NCBI GenBank assembly: GCA_965205675.1 | Contig: OZ242186.1 | Location: 640,001-704,000 of the forward strand | Direction: 5' to 3' | Origin: Nitrosopumilus sp. | Lineage (GTDB): Archaea > Thermoproteota > Nitrososphaeria > Nitrososphaerales > Nitrosopumilaceae | DNA: 64,000 bases | Shown here: positions 60,910 to 64,000 of the stretch, in pieces | Numbering within the stretch: position 1 is the stretch's first letter | Layout of the letters: the number at the start of each line of letters is the position of its first letter | Position numbers and translations under genes: made by a program | Notes under the pieces: generated by a model | Database searches by the model: none | What the model was told of the DNA's origin: nothing | Seen by the model: the letters and a program-made list of their open reading frames with translations, nothing else

Positions 60910-62533
60910 TTGCAATGGCTGATGAGGCATTTTTTGTAAGAGATGCAAAGACAGGAAAAAATATTGGTCACCCGTTGCTAAGAGAATATTTCTTCCATAT
61001 ATGGGACGACCTGAAAGTTTGGCAATATATGGAACAATTACGGAAAATAACAGTCATCTGTTTAGAGTTATGATAAATTCAATGCTGTAACATTTGTAGA
61101 ATATCTAAAGGAGTTGCACTGGAAATACGGCAAGATTGCAATCATGCTGGATAGAGCATCAGTTCACAAATCAAAGAAGGTCAAGGAATATCTTGCAAAC
61201 AATAGAGATGTCAAACTAAATGGTTGCCAAAAGGTTCACCGTATACCCCAGATCATAAGTCTTTTCAATTTATTGTTCTTGCAAAATACTGATACATATT
61301 CAAATTGAATTTGTGCGTTCTAAAATATTCCATAACTGTATACCTCATTTCATGAATAGATTCATAAAATTCTGATTCAACATTAACATGTTTGCACTGT
61401 CTCCAAACCTCTTCAATCATACTCAAATGCGGGGAGACTCTCAGAAGATATGCCAGTTTGACATCTTTGTTTTTACGCAGATATTTTTTTACATCATTAG
61501 CTTTGTGTTGCGGTGCCCTATCGACGATAACAAATATTTTTCCAAATTTTCTACGAGCTGCTTCCAAATAATCCATAAATGCAATTGAATTAAATTTTTC
61601 ATACGATCTAAAAAAACTTTGATTATCATCAGTCATCATTCCATAAACCAAAAATCTTTGATGTGATCCTCTCCAACGTACAATCATTCGTTGATGTGTA
61701 TCTGTCCAGTATTTTTTACCAAGACGCACATCGTCTACAAATACTGATTCGTCTTGGATAAATACTGTAAAACCTTTCTTTTTTGCCTTTTCTATGCGTG
61801 AAATGATGCGGTTTTTCCACTTGCGGCATGCATCCTTGGATGCGGCACGTACATGTACCTTTTGTGGAACCTTTGGTTTTAGATTCCATTTATGCATCAA
61901 ACGACGCACATGAGTGATATGATATGTAATGCGTGTTCTGTAAAATATGAATTGTATCAGTTTCTTTGGAGTCATGCCGTCTGAAATTTTCTTAAATGCA
62001 CGCTCTATTTTTTGTAATTTTTTGTGTGAAATTAATGGCGGACGGCCAGAACGAGGGAGATCCTCCAGACCCTCCAATCCATATTTTTCAAATGAATCAA
62101 GCCAATTCCTTACAGAATTATATGTACAAAACATTTGGTTGGCAGTTTCAGCAATTGTGGATTCGTTGATCTTAATTATACACATTGCATGTAATCTTGT
62201 TTTTTTGTGAATATTTTTTTCTTTTTTGTAGGCCTGGAGTAACTCGTCATTTGTGATGTCCATGAAATTATTTCTAACTACTGATCAAAAAGTATTGCTA
62301 TTTGTTTTGAAAAATTGCAAAGAATTATGCTCCGAGGTATACTTGAACATGATAGAACAATGCTGGAAGATAAGCAAGTATGCGTTGTTGGTATCAGAAT
62401 ATTATGCAATGTTTACGATGATGAATGATGCAGTGTCAAAATATTTTAGAATAACAAGATTCAAGCTTGATGTTGCAAATTATATCTTTAGAAATCCTGC
62501 AAAGATGTTCACGAACTTTTGATCGTCGCTATA
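60910..62533 (+). mobile_element. Older 5'-truncated IS630 relic split by the younger IS630
   Basis: DEAFF...KYW...KFNA..F..YL...MLDRAS.H...LPKGSP[Y] | LNMIEQCWK...SEYY...YFR..RF.LD is contiguous once 61244..62339 and one TA are removed. Confidence 0.8.
61244..62339 (-). mobile_element. IS630-family element, copy 2 (intact 332-aa transposase 61265..62263)
   Basis: TA duplications at both ends, imperfect TIRs, HTH, RSGRP linker, DE..D..E catalytic motifs. Confidence 0.93.
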
Positions 62534-62549
62534 ATTAAACAACTGTAAT

Positions 62550-64000
62550 TTAAGATGGAGTCTGAAAAGAATTAGAGTTTAAATGTTCACGGTCTATGCC
62601 TTGCTCATCTGAATAATACTCTTTTTTTAGTAAGGGTATTCCTTTACTTGAATCTATGATATTTGAGAGATTCTGTGAAGTATTATCTAGACTTACCATA
62701 AATTTAGAAAGTACACTGCTCCATTTTTTGGTATCGATTTTTCGTTCGATATGTCCTCCTTTAAAATTTTCAATGAATTCATTATACTTTCCCCAAACAT
62801 ACTCGCCAGACACAGTATTGTCATCACGATTGGTATATTTGATAAATTCTTTTTCTTCTTTTGAAAACTCATTTACTGGAATGTTAGTGTCAACAAATAA
62901 AGATATCGAGTTTTGGTTTATGACATTTATTGTGTTTAGATCTTCAAAATCTAAATGTCTTATCCCTTTTCGAACAAAAGAAGATGATCCTTCTCTAATA
63001 AAATCATCATCTCTATCTTTTATGCGTTTTAGAACTTTGTTGTAATAAGAATCTAAATCTCTTTTTTCTAGAAAGCTTTGTACCTGTGTAGATGAAACAA
63101 GATAATCCTTACTAATTGTTTGCCAGCGATGTGATTCACCATAAATGAAACTCGCTATCTGTTTGTCATTTTCCTTTAAATTAGTTACAATCAATTTGGC
63201 AGTATTTTGATATGACTTTGCATTTCGATTTATTCTACCTGCAATCTGTTCAATAGAGTCAAAGAGGGCAAAATCCCGAATTCCAAAATCGCAGTCAATA
63301 TCCACACCGGCTTCTACGCTTTGTGTTGAGATTAAAATTATCTTATCGTTATTTTTCATTTTTTTAATAATCTCCCTTCGTTTATGTGGCAGAATTGTGG
63401 AATTTAAGAGATATGTCTGGAAACCCATACCCTGTATTTTTTTATCTGAATATACTTTTGCATATAGTTCTAAAGATGTCTTGATAGTGTTTACAACAAG
63501 CAATATTTTATTCATACTTTCATGAATCTCATTGTTTAGCACAGTCTGTAACTGTTCCAGATTGTTTACATCATGTCTAAATGTTATTGTAACTCGATTC
63601 TGAAACAAGCCATGGTTGTGATAGTTAGAATTAATCAAATTCAAAATACCTGATCCATCTAATAATGTAGCAAGTTTTGGAAGTGTTGCACTCATGATAA
63701 TAAAGTAAATGTTGAGATATTTGGAGCTAAACATTATAAGATCATTGAAAAGAGTCCAATCTTTGTCATTTAAACTCTGAATTTCATCTATGATCACAAT
63801 AGAGTTGGCCAAATTGACGAGACGGTAATTACTTGTCTTTCCAGATTTTATAAACGCATTAAAGAAATTTACATTACTCATGACAACAAACGGATGATTT
63901 AGAAATTCATTATCAATAACATGCTGAAATCCCTCTGTCTTGTTTGATTCAATATTCCAAGATGATGAAGAATATACAGAAGATAATTCTTGCTCATTTA
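62550..64000 (-). CDS. cas3: Cas3 helicase/nuclease, 3' part (5' end beyond the window)
   Basis: IIDEIQ, MSATLP, VVNT...S, STQ.VEAGVDID.D, Q.AGR.NR; frame is open from 63881 to the window edge. Confidence 0.92.
   Translation of the reverse strand, partial: NEQELSSVYSSSSWNIESNKTEGFQHVIDNEFLNHPFVVMSNVNFFNAFIKSGKTSNYRLVNLANSIVIIDEIQSLNDKDWTLFNDLIMFSSKYLNIYFIIMSATLPKLATLLDGSGILNLINSNYHNHGLFQNRVTITFRHDVNNLEQLQTVLNNEIHESMNKILLVVNTIKTSLELYAKVYSDKKIQGMGFQTYLLNSTILPHKRREIIKKMKNNDKIILISTQSVEAGVDIDCDFGIRDFALFDSIEQIAGRINRNAKSYQNTAKLIVTNLKENDKQIASFIYGESHRWQTISKDYLVSSTQVQSFLEKRDLDSYYNKVLKRIKDRDDDFIREGSSSFVRKGIRHLDFEDLNTINVINQNSISLFVDTNIPVNEFSKEEKEFIKYTNRDDNTVSGEYVWGKYNEFIENFKGGHIERKIDTKKWSSVLSKFMVSLDNTSQNLSNIIDSSKGIPLLKKEYYSDEQGIDREHLNSNSFQTPS

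Noticed and set aside
44700-62339. Idea that the two inverted IS630 copies inverted or mobilised the 17-kb segment between them
   Set aside because: Both flanks of copy 2 belong to the same older IS and rejoin perfectly, so no exchange between the copies has occurred.
62253-62522. 89-aa ORF (and 61114..61308)
   Set aside because: Chimeric read-throughs between IS630 ends and the split older transposase.
1-64000. tRNA or rRNA genes
   Set aside because: No GC-rich cloverleaf or rRNA-like sequence seen by eye; a tRNAscan/Infernal run would be definitive.

Overview
AT-rich archaeal DNA whose gene content and sequences point to an ammonia-oxidising Nitrosopumilaceae (Nitrososphaerota/Thaumarchaeota) genome. 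About 1-40 kb is core backbone (atpF, lsrF-like aldolase, ilvB-ilvN-leuA-leuB, aspS, PINA ATPase, a tandem SDR, endA, lig, fbp, tuf-rpsJ-rpo12, 3-hydroxyacyl-CoA dehydrogenase, DnaJ-ferredoxin), with several pseudogene relics. About 40-64 kb is an IS-rich accessory region. It holds a divergent His-tailed thermosome, dys, hicBA, a Na+/solute symporter, orphan ureE-ureF, a Ni permease, an atypical ureohydrolase, a TPR protein, and a type I-B-like CRISPR locus (12 repeats, cas4-cas1-cas2, convergent cas3). Main candidate for an undescribed system: a putative nickel-dependent guanidino-compound uptake and hydrolysis regulon. The ureohydrolase/Ni-permease unit and the distant symporter share a 30-bp promoter element (26/30 identical, GTA-N3-TAC core), also partly present before a uspA relic. 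Second candidate: a Val/Leu-rich 19-codon leader ORF before the ilv/leu operon. All family assignments come from reading motifs by eye; no database searches were run.
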